Shown piece after piece: positions 39,867 through 48,739 of a DNA stretch of 60,473 nucleotides. Made by a program: the position numbers and the translations under genes. The notes beneath the pieces are model-generated. The model saw only the letters and a list, made by a program, of their open reading frames with translations. It was not told where the DNA came from and ran no database searches. The first letter of the stretch is position 1. Each line of letters starts with the position of its first letter. Where the stretch lies: positions 1-60,473 of IMG/VR virus record IMGVR_UViG_3300043448_000474; one strand, given 5' to 3'. The stretch is from a virus. Taxonomy: Duplodnaviria; Caudoviricetes.

Positions 39867-39935
39867 AGGTCACAACTTTAGGTGGAGCATTCGCTGCGCC
39901 CGTGCAGAATTACAACCGAAAGTCGCACCGACCTT

Positions 39936-41414
39936 ATGCACGACAAAAACGGCCGGTGGTTACCAGATCTCTCGCCAAAAGGTTTCGAGGTTTTCAATGC
40001 CTACGAGCGTTATCTGATGGTGGATGGACCCCGCAAAGCAGGGAAGTCTTTAGCGATCGCTAACCGCGTGGCACGCCATCTCTTTGAGAATCAGAATGCC
40101 ACCGTTGGGATCATCACAAAGACCCTGAAGAACGGTAAGGTTGGTGTATGGTCTGACCTTACAAAAACTGTTCTTCCGCAGTGGATAGGCGCGAAAATCG
40201 GCATGAAGTGGACAAAGGAGCCAACAATGGACGTGGCTACAAAGATGTCCTACGCACGTGTCCGAAATGGATTTGGAGGAGAATCCGAGGTCCAGCTTCA
40301 CTCGCTAGAGAACGTCTGGGAGGCGGAAGCCAAGTTCAAAGGAACACGCTTCTCGTTACTTTGGTTGTCCGAGGCTGACCAGTTTGAGGACCGCGTTGTG
40401 TTCGACGTGTTGACCGACCAGCTACGCGTCGTTGAGATCCCATACGAGAACCATCAGATCATCGCCGACCTGAACCCCCCAGAAACCGGGATCAACCACT
40501 GGCTCGCCGGGATATGGATCACGCGAAAGCAAAGCGACAACGAGCAGTTCGAGAACCAGTTCAAGCGCATTCAGTTCACGATCGACGACAACACATTCCT
40601 TGATCCACGCGAGAAACAAGACCTGATCAACAAGTATTCATACGACAAGCAGCTGTACGCTCGTTACGTCATGGGAGAATGGGTTGAAGACGTAAGCGAG
40701 GGCCACTTCGCCGATGTGTTCGTCCCAAACACTCACGTCGTCGGAAACGTCTCAGGCCCACGCGAGGAGGATCACGAGATCATCATCCCTCCCAAAAACT
40801 GCATCGAGCTCTTCAGTGGTTGGGACTTGGGTGATGTGAACCACGCCTGTTCTATCTCGTGCAAGCGTACCGACGCCAACGGAAACTCGATCTTCGACGT
40901 GATCGATGAGGCGGTAGTCATCGACCGGAAGATCAGCATCGCCGACTTCACTGATACGGTGATGGAGAAGATGCAGTGGTGGGAAGAATACCTGAAGAAG
41001 GAGCACGGCACAGAGCGAATCCTATGGCGTCACTGGTCGGACAACTCGGCGTGGCGATACCGTGCTGCCTCCGACGTGTACGATGAGCTCGTGGTGCGCC
41101 AGGTGTCGCAGGGCAAAATCGTCCTGCACGCAGTTACCAAAGGATCCGGCTCCGTGAAGCAGCGCATCGGGCTCCTCAAGAAACTCATTTTCGATCGGCG
41201 CATCTTCTTCTCCGCACAGCTGACCAACACGATTAAGATGGTCCGCGAGATGAAGCCGGGACCGAACCGCGCCGAGCCAATCCGTGACGGAGACAAGAAT
41301 AAACACATCTTCGACGCGCTAACCTACATGCTCATCAGCGAGACCCCTATGGATGTAGAACGACGGACCATTACAACGTCGGTCAAGAAGCCGACCATGG
41401 TCTTCACGCAATGA
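39936..41414 (+). CDS. terL: Terminase large subunit
   Basis: Walker A GPRKAGKS, Walker B-like LWLSEADQ, DLNP, DNTFL; nuclease motifs GWDLG and HIFDALTY. Confidence 0.88.
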   Translation: MHDKNGRWLPDLSPKGFEVFNAYERYLMVDGPRKAGKSLAIANRVARHLFENQNATVGIITKTLKNGKVGVWSDLTKTVLPQWIGAKIGMKWTKEPTMDVATKMSYARVRNGFGGESEVQLHSLENVWEAEAKFKGTRFSLLWLSEADQFEDRVVFDVLTDQLRVVEIPYENHQIIADLNPPETGINHWLAGIWITRKQSDNEQFENQFKRIQFTIDDNTFLDPREKQDLINKYSYDKQLYARYVMGEWVEDVSEGHFADVFVPNTHVVGNVSGPREEDHEIIIPPKNCIELFSGWDLGDVNHACSISCKRTDANGNSIFDVIDEAVVIDRKISIADFTDTVMEKMQWWEEYLKKEHGTERILWRHWSDNSAWRYRAASDVYDELVVRQVSQGKIVLHAVTKGSGSVKQRIGLLKKLIFDRRIFFSAQLTNTIKMVREMKPGPNRAEPIRDGDKNKHIFDALTYMLISETPMDVERRTITTSVKKPTMVFTQ

Positions 41415-42604
41415 CACCGAAGCTGATCTACCTCAACCACAAGGACACCGAACTCTGGCTGATCTCTGGTGACACCTGGGAAATCCCAGTCAAATGCAGG
41501 TACTGCGAGTTCAACGGCACCGAATACATCCACGCTTTTCCCGCCGTGGCACTCGGGTTTGCTCAGTCATCGTCCCTTGACCTGGCGCTCAAACGACTGG
41601 GCGGGGAGATCGACGTGAAGTCAGGGTGGGCTATCCCAGCTGAAGCGATGCGACAGCATTTCAGGAAGGCTGAAGGCATCACTCCCGAGTTCTACTTCAA
41701 GTGGAACGGAGACGCGGTCAAGACACCCACAGCCGAACAGATCGACGTGAAGGTGAAGGAGCGTCAGTCCAAGCTCGACTGCTCCGAGTTCATCAAAAAC
41801 GTCGCTCAGGCGTCTGGTATCGATGTGGGCACATTGACGCTCGCATGGATCGCGATCACACAGCAGATCCCTTCGTGGCTGCTGACGGGTAACACGCTGA
41901 ACCTCGGCTTCTCAAGACTCATCGCCGTCCCATACCGGAAGAACTGGAAGGAGATACTGCTGACGCGCTACCCGACGCTGAAGAAAGCTCTGATGATCAA
42001 GAGCCCGAAGCGACTGCTGTCGATGGCGTTCACTGCTGCGTCCAGGATGGTTCGCATGTCTGAACTAACCGAGAGCCATGAGCGCAGGGGGCGTACTGTA
42101 TTCTCGTGGACAATCGAGGTGTTGCACGACTCAGGCTGGGAAAAAACGTGCGATCAAGTAGAAGGTGACGCAGCAGCGCGACTCGGCCCACTGGCTTACG
42201 TAAAGCGGTGGGCCAACCGTGTTTCGCAGATCGAAGACAGCATCTATGAGGTCTTGGCTGAACAGATTCAGAAAGAAACTGCTCCGACTTGCCGAGTACT
42301 CTGGCGTCGTGGTCAGCGGGGTATGCAATTTGTTCAGGCATCTCCCACTGTCATTGGCTCTTCCACGATTGTTGAATGCGATGACGGCAGCAGCACGAGC
42401 GTTGACGATTTCCTCGGCATCGAAGACGCGTCCGAGTATCTGGAGGAAAAGGCTTCGCGCCTGTTACAAATGCCCACTGTTCAATCCGAAAATGAAGACG
42501 TGCGGGTACCACGGGGAACTGATGCACAGGTCAGGCCAGACGATGGGATGCTGGTGCTACCTGCCTCTGGCTGCCAAGTTGCCAGAGAAGCAGTGCTGGA
42601 TTGA
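41411..42604 (+). CDS. Hypothetical protein with possible HU/IHF-like segment
   Basis: ATGA overlap with terL; SEFIKNVAQASGI..LLTGNTLNLGF resembles the HU fold. Confidence 0.55.
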   Translation: MTPKLIYLNHKDTELWLISGDTWEIPVKCRYCEFNGTEYIHAFPAVALGFAQSSSLDLALKRLGGEIDVKSGWAIPAEAMRQHFRKAEGITPEFYFKWNGDAVKTPTAEQIDVKVKERQSKLDCSEFIKNVAQASGIDVGTLTLAWIAITQQIPSWLLTGNTLNLGFSRLIAVPYRKNWKEILLTRYPTLKKALMIKSPKRLLSMAFTAASRMVRMSELTESHERRGRTVFSWTIEVLHDSGWEKTCDQVEGDAAARLGPLAYVKRWANRVSQIEDSIYEVLAEQIQKETAPTCRVLWRRGQRGMQFVQASPTVIGSSTIVECDDGSSTSVDDFLGIEDASEYLEEKASRLLQMPTVQSENEDVRVPRGTDAQVRPDDGMLVLPASGCQVAREAVLD

Positions 42605-42638
42605 CGCAATGGGATCAAAAGGCAAGTGGACTGAATGA
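42246..42638 (+). CDS. Cys-rich putative Zn-binding protein in an overlapping frame
   Basis: RLRACYKCP..KTCG..GCWCYLP.AAK..KQCW; its stop overlaps the next ATG (ATGA). Confidence 0.65.
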   Translation: MRSWLNRFRKKLLRLAEYSGVVVSGVCNLFRHLPLSLALPRLLNAMTAAARALTISSASKTRPSIWRKRLRACYKCPLFNPKMKTCGYHGELMHRSGQTMGCWCYLPLAAKLPEKQCWIDAMGSKGKWTE

Positions 42639-43168
42639 CACCGATTCCAACAGAACAAAATGGATGCATATCTACCAATGTGCAGCCAATTAGTAATAGG
42701 CCAACAATCTCGATGGCTGTAGCAGAAAAGGCTGCACGCGAAGCGGGGTTCAATGTCATTGACGCCAAGCAACTGAAAGCTGCTGGTGTTTTTGGTGAGT
42801 TTGTTTCCCAGGTTGGCGCAATCCACTTGGGCCGATCTCGTTTGGCAATGAATCTGGCTCGCACAGACAAAGCTCTTGAGTTCTGCGAGCAAGCCCTTGA
42901 GCACCGCGAGTTTCCTGATCCCGAGTCGATGATTGGCGTTATGAAGGTTCACGCCTCACTGATTGGCGAGTCGAACCGTGCCGCAGAGCTCTTGATCAAG
43001 TCGGCGCAACAGGCCGCTGAGACTGCGAAGACTGAGGCGCTCACACAGTTGCCTGGGTTTGTTCCTCGTGCTCAAGTCGGCCCCACTCAAGTGAACGTGC
43101 AGGTCATTGCCAAGGCTTCCGAGACCAGCGTGACCGAAGTGAAAGGAGACGACGATGCCTCAGATTAA
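42635..43168 (+). CDS. Hypothetical protein (possible terminase small subunit)
   Basis: Helical body with C-terminal beta strand TQVNVQVI; near terL. Confidence 0.45.
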   Translation: MTPIPTEQNGCISTNVQPISNRPTISMAVAEKAAREAGFNVIDAKQLKAAGVFGEFVSQVGAIHLGRSRLAMNLARTDKALEFCEQALEHREFPDPESMIGVMKVHASLIGESNRAAELLIKSAQQAAETAKTEALTQLPGFVPRAQVGPTQVNVQVIAKASETSVTEVKGDDDASD

Positions 43169-43472
43169 AGGAGTCAAGCGGTTGCCCAGCGGCGGCGTCA
43201 TGTACCGTGGAGAGCGATTCCCCGGCTTCAATAAGCCGAAGGCTGCTCCTGCTGGTGACATCCACAAGAAGCGGGTGCTCGCGAAGAAGGGCGATAAGGT
43301 GAAGGTTGTGCCGTTTGGTCATCGTGGCTACAGCGACTTTACCAAGCACAAGAACCCAAAGCGCCGGGCCAACTACCTGAGTCGATCGGGGGGCATCCGC
43401 AACAAAAGCGGACAGCTTACCAAGGACGACAAGTTCAGCGCGAACTACTGGGCGCGGAGGATCCTCTGGTGA
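43155..43472 (+). CDS. Basic protein, DUF5754-like
   Basis: VPFGHRGYSDFTKHKNPKRRANY..DDKFSANYWARRILW. Confidence 0.7.
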   Translation: MPQIKGVKRLPSGGVMYRGERFPGFNKPKAAPAGDIHKKRVLAKKGDKVKVVPFGHRGYSDFTKHKNPKRRANYLSRSGGIRNKSGQLTKDDKFSANYWARRILW

Positions 43473-43870
43473 GCACTGCCTCAAAGTCCAACCCCGGCCT
43501 CTGGAAGCGGATCGTCAAGGCGGTGAAGTCGTCGTCGAAGGGCGGCAAACCGAACCAGTGGAGCGCGCGAAAAGCGCAGATCGCCGTACGTCGTTACAAG
43601 GATCTTGGAGGTTCATACCGTGGAGCAAAGTCTCCATCCAACAGCCTCGCCAAGTGGACCAAAGAGGACTGGGGCACCAAGAGCGGGAAGAACTCAGTTG
43701 TCGGACGGGGTGCCACCGGGGAGAGGTACCTGCCGCGCAAGGCTCGTCAGTCGCTGAGCAATTCAGAGTACGCCGCAACAACGGCCGCGAAGCGTGCCGG
43801 AATGAGGTCCGGCAAACAGTTCGTGCGTCAGCCAAAGGGAATCGCAGAGAAAACCGCTAGATACCGCTGA
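43469..43870 (+). CDS. Basic protein, DUF5872-like
   Basis: QWSARKAQ..YK..GGSY..SLAKWTKEDW..ERYLP. Confidence 0.7.
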   Translation: MSTASKSNPGLWKRIVKAVKSSSKGGKPNQWSARKAQIAVRRYKDLGGSYRGAKSPSNSLAKWTKEDWGTKSGKNSVVGRGATGERYLPRKARQSLSNSEYAATTAAKRAGMRSGKQFVRQPKGIAEKTARYR

Positions 43871-43921
43871 CGACTCCACCTTTCAGGTCCGACACATACC
43901 GTGTAGGCAACAGGTCAATTT

Positions 43922-44368
43922 ATGGCTACCGCTCAAATCTACAACAATGCACTCCTGGAGATGGTCAAGGGCACCTTGAACTTCCCCACGACCACCACAC
44001 CGACCTACAAGGTCATGCTGATCGCTGCGACTCCGTCGTACACGTTCAGTAAGAACCACTCGACTGTGTCCGACGTAAAGACCGCTGGTGCCACCGAGGT
44101 CTCTGGAACCGGGTACTCCACTGGGGGCGCATCAATCCCGTCGCCAGGCATTGCCACGACGATCAACTCAAACGCGATTGAGGTGAACATCACCGACGTA
44201 ATCTGGCCGAGCTCTACGATCACTGCCCGTGGCGCGATCCTCTACAACCCGACCGGGAACGACGCGACTGCTAAGGTGGTTGCCTACATCGACTTCGGCG
44301 CGAACGTGTCATCGAACAACTCGGCGCTGACGATCGACTTCCAGACACCGCTCAAACTCCAGAACTAA
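43922..44368 (+). CDS. Beta-rich phage protein, possibly structural
   Basis: EVSGTGYSTGG..W..STITARGAILY..YIDFG. Confidence 0.65.
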   Translation: MATAQIYNNALLEMVKGTLNFPTTTTPTYKVMLIAATPSYTFSKNHSTVSDVKTAGATEVSGTGYSTGGASIPSPGIATTINSNAIEVNITDVIWPSSTITARGAILYNPTGNDATAKVVAYIDFGANVSSNNSALTIDFQTPLKLQN

Positions 44369-44373
44369 CCAGC

Positions 44374-44886
44374 ATGGCCAATCTGATCGCCTTCGCCGGT
44401 TACGCTCGCGAAGGAAAGGACGCTGCTGCCCAGCGACTGGTGGCTCTCGGATGGAGGCGCATTGCCTTTGGGGACATCATCAAGCGGCAGATCGACCCGC
44501 TGGTGCAGCAGCACCTGGGCTTTTCTGCGTTCACTGAGGACGACAGCCAGAAGAAGCAGATCCGGCCAATCCTGGAGCAGTGGGGCGAGGTCAACTACGA
44601 CGGAGTGATGAAAGAGTTCTTCGACACTCTGCCGCCTCGCGCCGTGAACACAAGACTGGTCCGCTTGCGTGAAGCCAAGGAATGGATGAAGCGGGGTGGC
44701 ATTATCCTCCGAATCAGGCGTCCTGGCGTGACCCCGGCGACCGAGTGGGAAGCTGCCCGTCTTCAAGAACTCTACGACGGTGGAGTCGTTCACGATACAA
44801 TCATCAACGACGGCACCATTGAGCAGCTGAATAATCGGGTTGAGCTTTTTGCGTTCCCGGTAGACCGCTACCTGCAGACTCGATGA
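44374..44886 (+). CDS. Deoxynucleoside monophosphate kinase-like protein
   Basis: P-loop GYAREGKD; R.ILEQWG; I.NDGTIEQL. Confidence 0.8.
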   Translation: MANLIAFAGYAREGKDAAAQRLVALGWRRIAFGDIIKRQIDPLVQQHLGFSAFTEDDSQKKQIRPILEQWGEVNYDGVMKEFFDTLPPRAVNTRLVRLREAKEWMKRGGIILRIRRPGVTPATEWEAARLQELYDGGVVHDTIINDGTIEQLNNRVELFAFPVDRYLQTR

Positions 44887-44913
44887 ATCCTAAGGGGGCG
44901 CACACGATCCCCC

Positions 44914-44935
44914 TTGACTCTCGGTGTAATACACC
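44914..44935 (+). promoter_or_regulatory. Operator palindrome inside a promoter spacer
   Basis: TTGACT-N3-GGTGTAATACACC. Confidence 0.65.
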
Positions 44936-45109
44936 TAGGGTCTTCACCTGCGAAGACGCAGAACGCCCCTTTGGATCGCGGCACGAACCATCCAGAGTTA
45001 AGTGATGGCGCGTAGCTTTCACGTGGTTTGCCCACCTGGGGAGACGTCCGCATTTCGCAGCACAACCTTGATCGCCTCGTCGGGAGGCGGTGCGGGTTCC
45101 ATCCAAACC

Positions 45110-45976
45110 ATGTCAACACCACTGTTCCGTAAAGCCACACGCGAGAAGGTCTTCCTCAAGCTCGCGGTGACCGGCCCGTCCGGGTCCGGCAAGACCTACT
45201 CCGCACTGCGACTCGCCCGTGGCCTCGTCGGCCCTACCGGCAAGATTGCACTCATCGACACCGAGAACCGATCAGCCTCTTTGTACGCTGACCGATTCGA
45301 CTTCGATACGCTCGACATTGCGCCTCCGTTTGAAAACGAGAAGTTCATCGATGCAATCAACGCGGCTGTCGAAGCTGGTTATGGAGCCATCATCATCGAC
45401 TCGGCCAGTCACTTCTGGGAAGGAATCCTGGACTACAAGTCCCAGTTGGACGCTCGTGGTGGCAACTCGTACACCAACTGGAAGCTCGCTGGAGAAAAGC
45501 ACAACGGCATGATGAAGGCTTTGCTCCAGTCTCTTGTCCACGTCGTCTGCTGCCTCCGCGTCAAGATGGACTACGTGCAGGAAAAGGACGACCGAGGAAA
45601 GACTACCGTCCGCAAAGTTGGGCTCGCTCCGATTATGCGTGACGGCGTCGAATACGAGTTTACTACCGTGTTTGACGTGGCTCCTAACCATGAGGCGTCT
45701 GTCAGCAAGGATCGCTCCGGGCTCTTCGTCGACAAGATCTTTAAGATCACAGAGGAAACTGGTGCCAAGCTGGAAGCGTGGCGTCTGGCTGGTGCTGAGC
45801 CGCTGTGGAAGGTTCAGCTGGGCACCATCATCGGCGCTCACGAGCCAAAGGCCAACGCGTTCCTGGTGACGCTCGGATGGATCAAGGAAGGTCAGTCTTT
45901 CCGAGACCTGTCCGTGGCCAACGCCGAAAAGATCCTCGCCAATACCGCCGCCTTTCTCGCCAAGGCCAACGCCTAA
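45110..45976 (+). CDS. AAA ATPase, Sak4-like single-strand annealing protein
   Basis: GPSGSGKT, IDTE, IIDSASH.W, YEFT motifs; adjacent to an exonuclease. Confidence 0.85.
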   Translation: MSTPLFRKATREKVFLKLAVTGPSGSGKTYSALRLARGLVGPTGKIALIDTENRSASLYADRFDFDTLDIAPPFENEKFIDAINAAVEAGYGAIIIDSASHFWEGILDYKSQLDARGGNSYTNWKLAGEKHNGMMKALLQSLVHVVCCLRVKMDYVQEKDDRGKTTVRKVGLAPIMRDGVEYEFTTVFDVAPNHEASVSKDRSGLFVDKIFKITEETGAKLEAWRLAGAEPLWKVQLGTIIGAHEPKANAFLVTLGWIKEGQSFRDLSVANAEKILANTAAFLAKANA

Positions 45977-45997
45977 ACGCGCCCAGTGCTTCATCCT

Positions 45998-46930
45998 ATG
46001 ACCACCGAACAGTCACTGATCGCTGACGGCATCTACCCTCTACTGGACGAGAGGGTGTACCGCAACGACCCCGCCATCGCAGTCTCCGATCTAAAGGAGA
46101 TGAACCTGTCTGCCGCTCACTTCTACTCGAAGAAGTTCGGCGGCTACCGCACTGAGCAGACCCACGCTCAGTACATCGGAACGCTCACACACCTCTCGGC
46201 GCTGGAGCCCGAAGTGTATCGTAGCAAGGTGGTACTCGATCCGCCCGACGCCCCAAGGAAGCCTACTTCGGCACAGCTGAACGCCAAGAAGCCCAGCGAA
46301 GACACGATCGCCGCCATCAAGTGGTGGGACGAGTGGAACAAGGCAAACGGCGACAAAACCATCCTGTCGGGCGACGAGATGGCTCAAATCGACGGTATCA
46401 CCGCCGGTATCACCCTCAACCCTGATGCTGCAGGGCTCCTAGAGGGTGCTCGCAAGGAGCTCGCCATGTTCAAGACAATCAAGGTCAATGGGCAGGAGAT
46501 TCGCATCAAGGGAAAGGCCGACATCGTCTGTAGCGACAAAGGCATCAACTCCGACATAATCGCGGACATCAAGACGGTCGATCGCGGTTACGCAAACGCT
46601 AACGACTTCTCATACTCAATCCAAAAGTGGGGTTACGCTCAACAAGCGGCTTGGTACATCGACCTCTACAATCTGTTGACATCGACGGACGATCCGTTCA
46701 CGACAGCGGTCAAGAAGCGGCGCTGGGTGTTCATTGTAGCCGAGAAAGAACCGCCTTACGTAACGGTCACGCTCGAACTCGACGAGAACGCGATCGCCTC
46801 AGGTCGGGCGATAAACCAGAGGAACCTTGAAACCCTTGCACACTGCTTCCAGACAGGAGTCTGGGAGCGTCCGCTCAACGGAACGCGAGGGTTTGTGACA
46901 TCCCCTGAATGGGCAAAAAAGGCGAGATAA
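45998..46930 (+). CDS. RecE/exonuclease VIII-like PD-(D/E)XK nuclease
   Basis: GTLTH, KGKAD, DIKT, Y..QAAWY, AEKEPPY. Confidence 0.85.
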   Translation: MTTEQSLIADGIYPLLDERVYRNDPAIAVSDLKEMNLSAAHFYSKKFGGYRTEQTHAQYIGTLTHLSALEPEVYRSKVVLDPPDAPRKPTSAQLNAKKPSEDTIAAIKWWDEWNKANGDKTILSGDEMAQIDGITAGITLNPDAAGLLEGARKELAMFKTIKVNGQEIRIKGKADIVCSDKGINSDIIADIKTVDRGYANANDFSYSIQKWGYAQQAAWYIDLYNLLTSTDDPFTTAVKKRRWVFIVAEKEPPYVTVTLELDENAIASGRAINQRNLETLAHCFQTGVWERPLNGTRGFVTSPEWAKKAR

Positions 46931-47160
46931 CTAAAACCTGCATCCGTTGTGGGCGCACTCAACCGATCAAGAACTTTTGGTCGGGTCGTCCGACCTGTGT
47001 TGAGTGCGCCCGTAAACTTTGGTACGCGCCCAAGTGCAACGCCGATCCTCGCCGTGGACCAAACTGGCCTATGATGGAGCGGATGTGGAAGGCCGGTCTT
47101 ATCAGTTATCCCCCAGAAGCATTTCCAGATGATCCGCCAACACCCCCACATCGCGATTGA
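46909..47160 (+). CDS. Small Zn-finger protein
   Basis: KTCIRCG..PTCVEC. Confidence 0.5.
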   Translation: MGKKGEITKTCIRCGRTQPIKNFWSGRPTCVECARKLWYAPKCNADPRRGPNWPMMERMWKAGLISYPPEAFPDDPPTPPHRD

Positions 47161-47596
47161 TCCAGGTGCCTCAGGTGGCATCGCTTGGCTTGATGGGCTT
47201 ATGCGTACACAGGCCATGCCTCAGGAACCGACAGCCATCGTCGATCTGCTGCGCGACCTGAAGGCAGACAACTACACCACGCTCTTCATCGAGCAGCTGC
47301 CGCGCTTCGTCCCGATGGGTGGTGGCAAGGGCATCCCTGGCTCCATGGCCGCTGTGATGTTTGAGAACTTCGGCATCATCCTTGGTGCCGCCATGGCGCT
47401 CGGCTATCGCATCCAGAGGGTCACACCTCAAGCATGGCAGAAGGAACTGGGCCTTGGAACATCCAAGGGGTCCACCAAGGGCGAGTGGAAGAACAAGCTC
47501 AAGGGCCGCGCCCAGGAGCTCTTCCCAGGCGTTCCGATCACCCTCAAGACATCGGACGCACTCCTAATCTGGGAGTACGGTCGGCGTCACCCTTGA
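47129..47596 (+). CDS. RuvC-like Holliday junction resolvase
   Basis: IAIDPG, FIEQ, VTPQAWQK, SDALLI. Confidence 0.85.
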   Translation: MIRQHPHIAIDPGASGGIAWLDGLMRTQAMPQEPTAIVDLLRDLKADNYTTLFIEQLPRFVPMGGGKGIPGSMAAVMFENFGIILGAAMALGYRIQRVTPQAWQKELGLGTSKGSTKGEWKNKLKGRAQELFPGVPITLKTSDALLIWEYGRRHP

Positions 47597-47621
47597 CAAC
47601 GCGCTGACGGCGTATTACACC
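47593..47621 (+). promoter_or_regulatory. Promoter/operator upstream of replication genes
   Basis: TTGACA-N10-GGCGTATTACACC. Confidence 0.75.
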
Positions 47622-47694
47622 ACACACGTTCTCGGCGATCGGTGAGAGGAGAGTCGAGGGCATCCACAGGGAGCAGTTTGATCCGGTTTTTGGC

Positions 47695-47769
47695 CCCCAC
47701 GTATTCCGAGGTTTCGCTGACCGTCTCCCCAGCGATCTCTCCCCCTTGGAATGCGTGGGGTCTTTTTTT
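47695..47769 (+). terminator. Attenuator-like hairpin in the replication gene leader
   Basis: 17-bp stem CCCCACGTATTCCGAGG/CCTTGGAATGCGTGGGG (two G-U pairs), inner hairpin, then TCTTTTTTT. Confidence 0.7.
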
Positions 47770-47803
47770 GCCTGTTCACTGAAACAGGCCGTTTCACCGC
47801 ACG

Positions 47804-48739
47804 ATGAAAACCATCATCCGAGTAAAGCGTCAGCAGGGCGGATTCACGATCATCCCCAACGAAGTCCTCCGCTCCAAGATGTCCCTTCGCGCCAAGGGGC
47901 TCCTGTGCATGATCCTGTCCAACGTGGACGAGTGGGTCGTTACAAAGGCGTGGGTCTCGCAGCACTGCACCGACGGGCGCGAGGCGCTTAGGGCTTCCTT
48001 CGATGAGCTAGTCGAGCTCGGATACGCCTCCATGGAGGAGCAAGGGAAGACCGGGGACGGGCGCTTCGCACAGCGAATCTGGACCTTTACCGACCAGCCT
48101 CACCGCGGACGGGAAGTCGCACCAAATGGCCAAGAATGTGCGGGTAACCGTCAACGGGAAGTCGCACAAAATGAGCCTTTTCGTGCGGAAAGCCGTCAAC
48201 GGGAAACCGTCGACGGAAACCCGTCCCCTAAGAATACTATAGAAGAAGACCATTTAAGAACTAGCGGCGGTGCCGCGAAAGAGCGCCCGAGAAACGACCT
48301 AGCCGATGCGATTGCTCAGGTCTGCGGCATGGACACCACCTGCATGACTTCCGGGGAGTGGAAGAAGGTTGGAATCGCTTTGGCAGACATCAAGAAGGCC
48401 CAGTCGAACGTGACGACCCAGGACATCGCGGTCCACGCCGCGAATTACCGGAGGGCATATCAGGGGGCTGCGTTGACCCCGTTTGCTCTGAGCAACCACT
48501 GGGGCGCTACCGCTCCTAAAGGCTCGCCACACGGTCTTGATGGGCGTTCCGGTATCCCAACACCCCTCGACGTTCAAATCGCAAGGGACAGGGTTATGGG
48601 GCACGCAGCGAACCCCCGGCATGGCGACCTCTTCAAGGGGCTTATTACTCCGAAGCTGCAGGACGAGTATGATCGCCTCGTGAGGCTGTACCACGATCTA
48701 TCGACTTGGACGCCAAAGCAACCGGGGGAAAACAAGTGA
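47804..48739 (+). CDS. Replication initiator (N-terminal wHTH)
   Basis: FTIIPN..MSLRAKGLL..DGREALR..ELVELGY; internal repeats; upstream of DnaB. Confidence 0.8.
   Translation: MKTIIRVKRQQGGFTIIPNEVLRSKMSLRAKGLLCMILSNVDEWVVTKAWVSQHCTDGREALRASFDELVELGYASMEEQGKTGDGRFAQRIWTFTDQPHRGREVAPNGQECAGNRQREVAQNEPFRAESRQRETVDGNPSPKNTIEEDHLRTSGGAAKERPRNDLADAIAQVCGMDTTCMTSGEWKKVGIALADIKKAQSNVTTQDIAVHAANYRRAYQGAALTPFALSNHWGATAPKGSPHGLDGRSGIPTPLDVQIARDRVMGHAANPRHGDLFKGLITPKLQDEYDRLVRLYHDLSTWTPKQPGENK
48109..48222 (+). repeat. Iteron-like repeats (probable replication origin)
   Basis: ACGGGAAGTCGCAC twice; CCGTC(A/G)ACGG palindromic unit three times. Confidence 0.65.
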
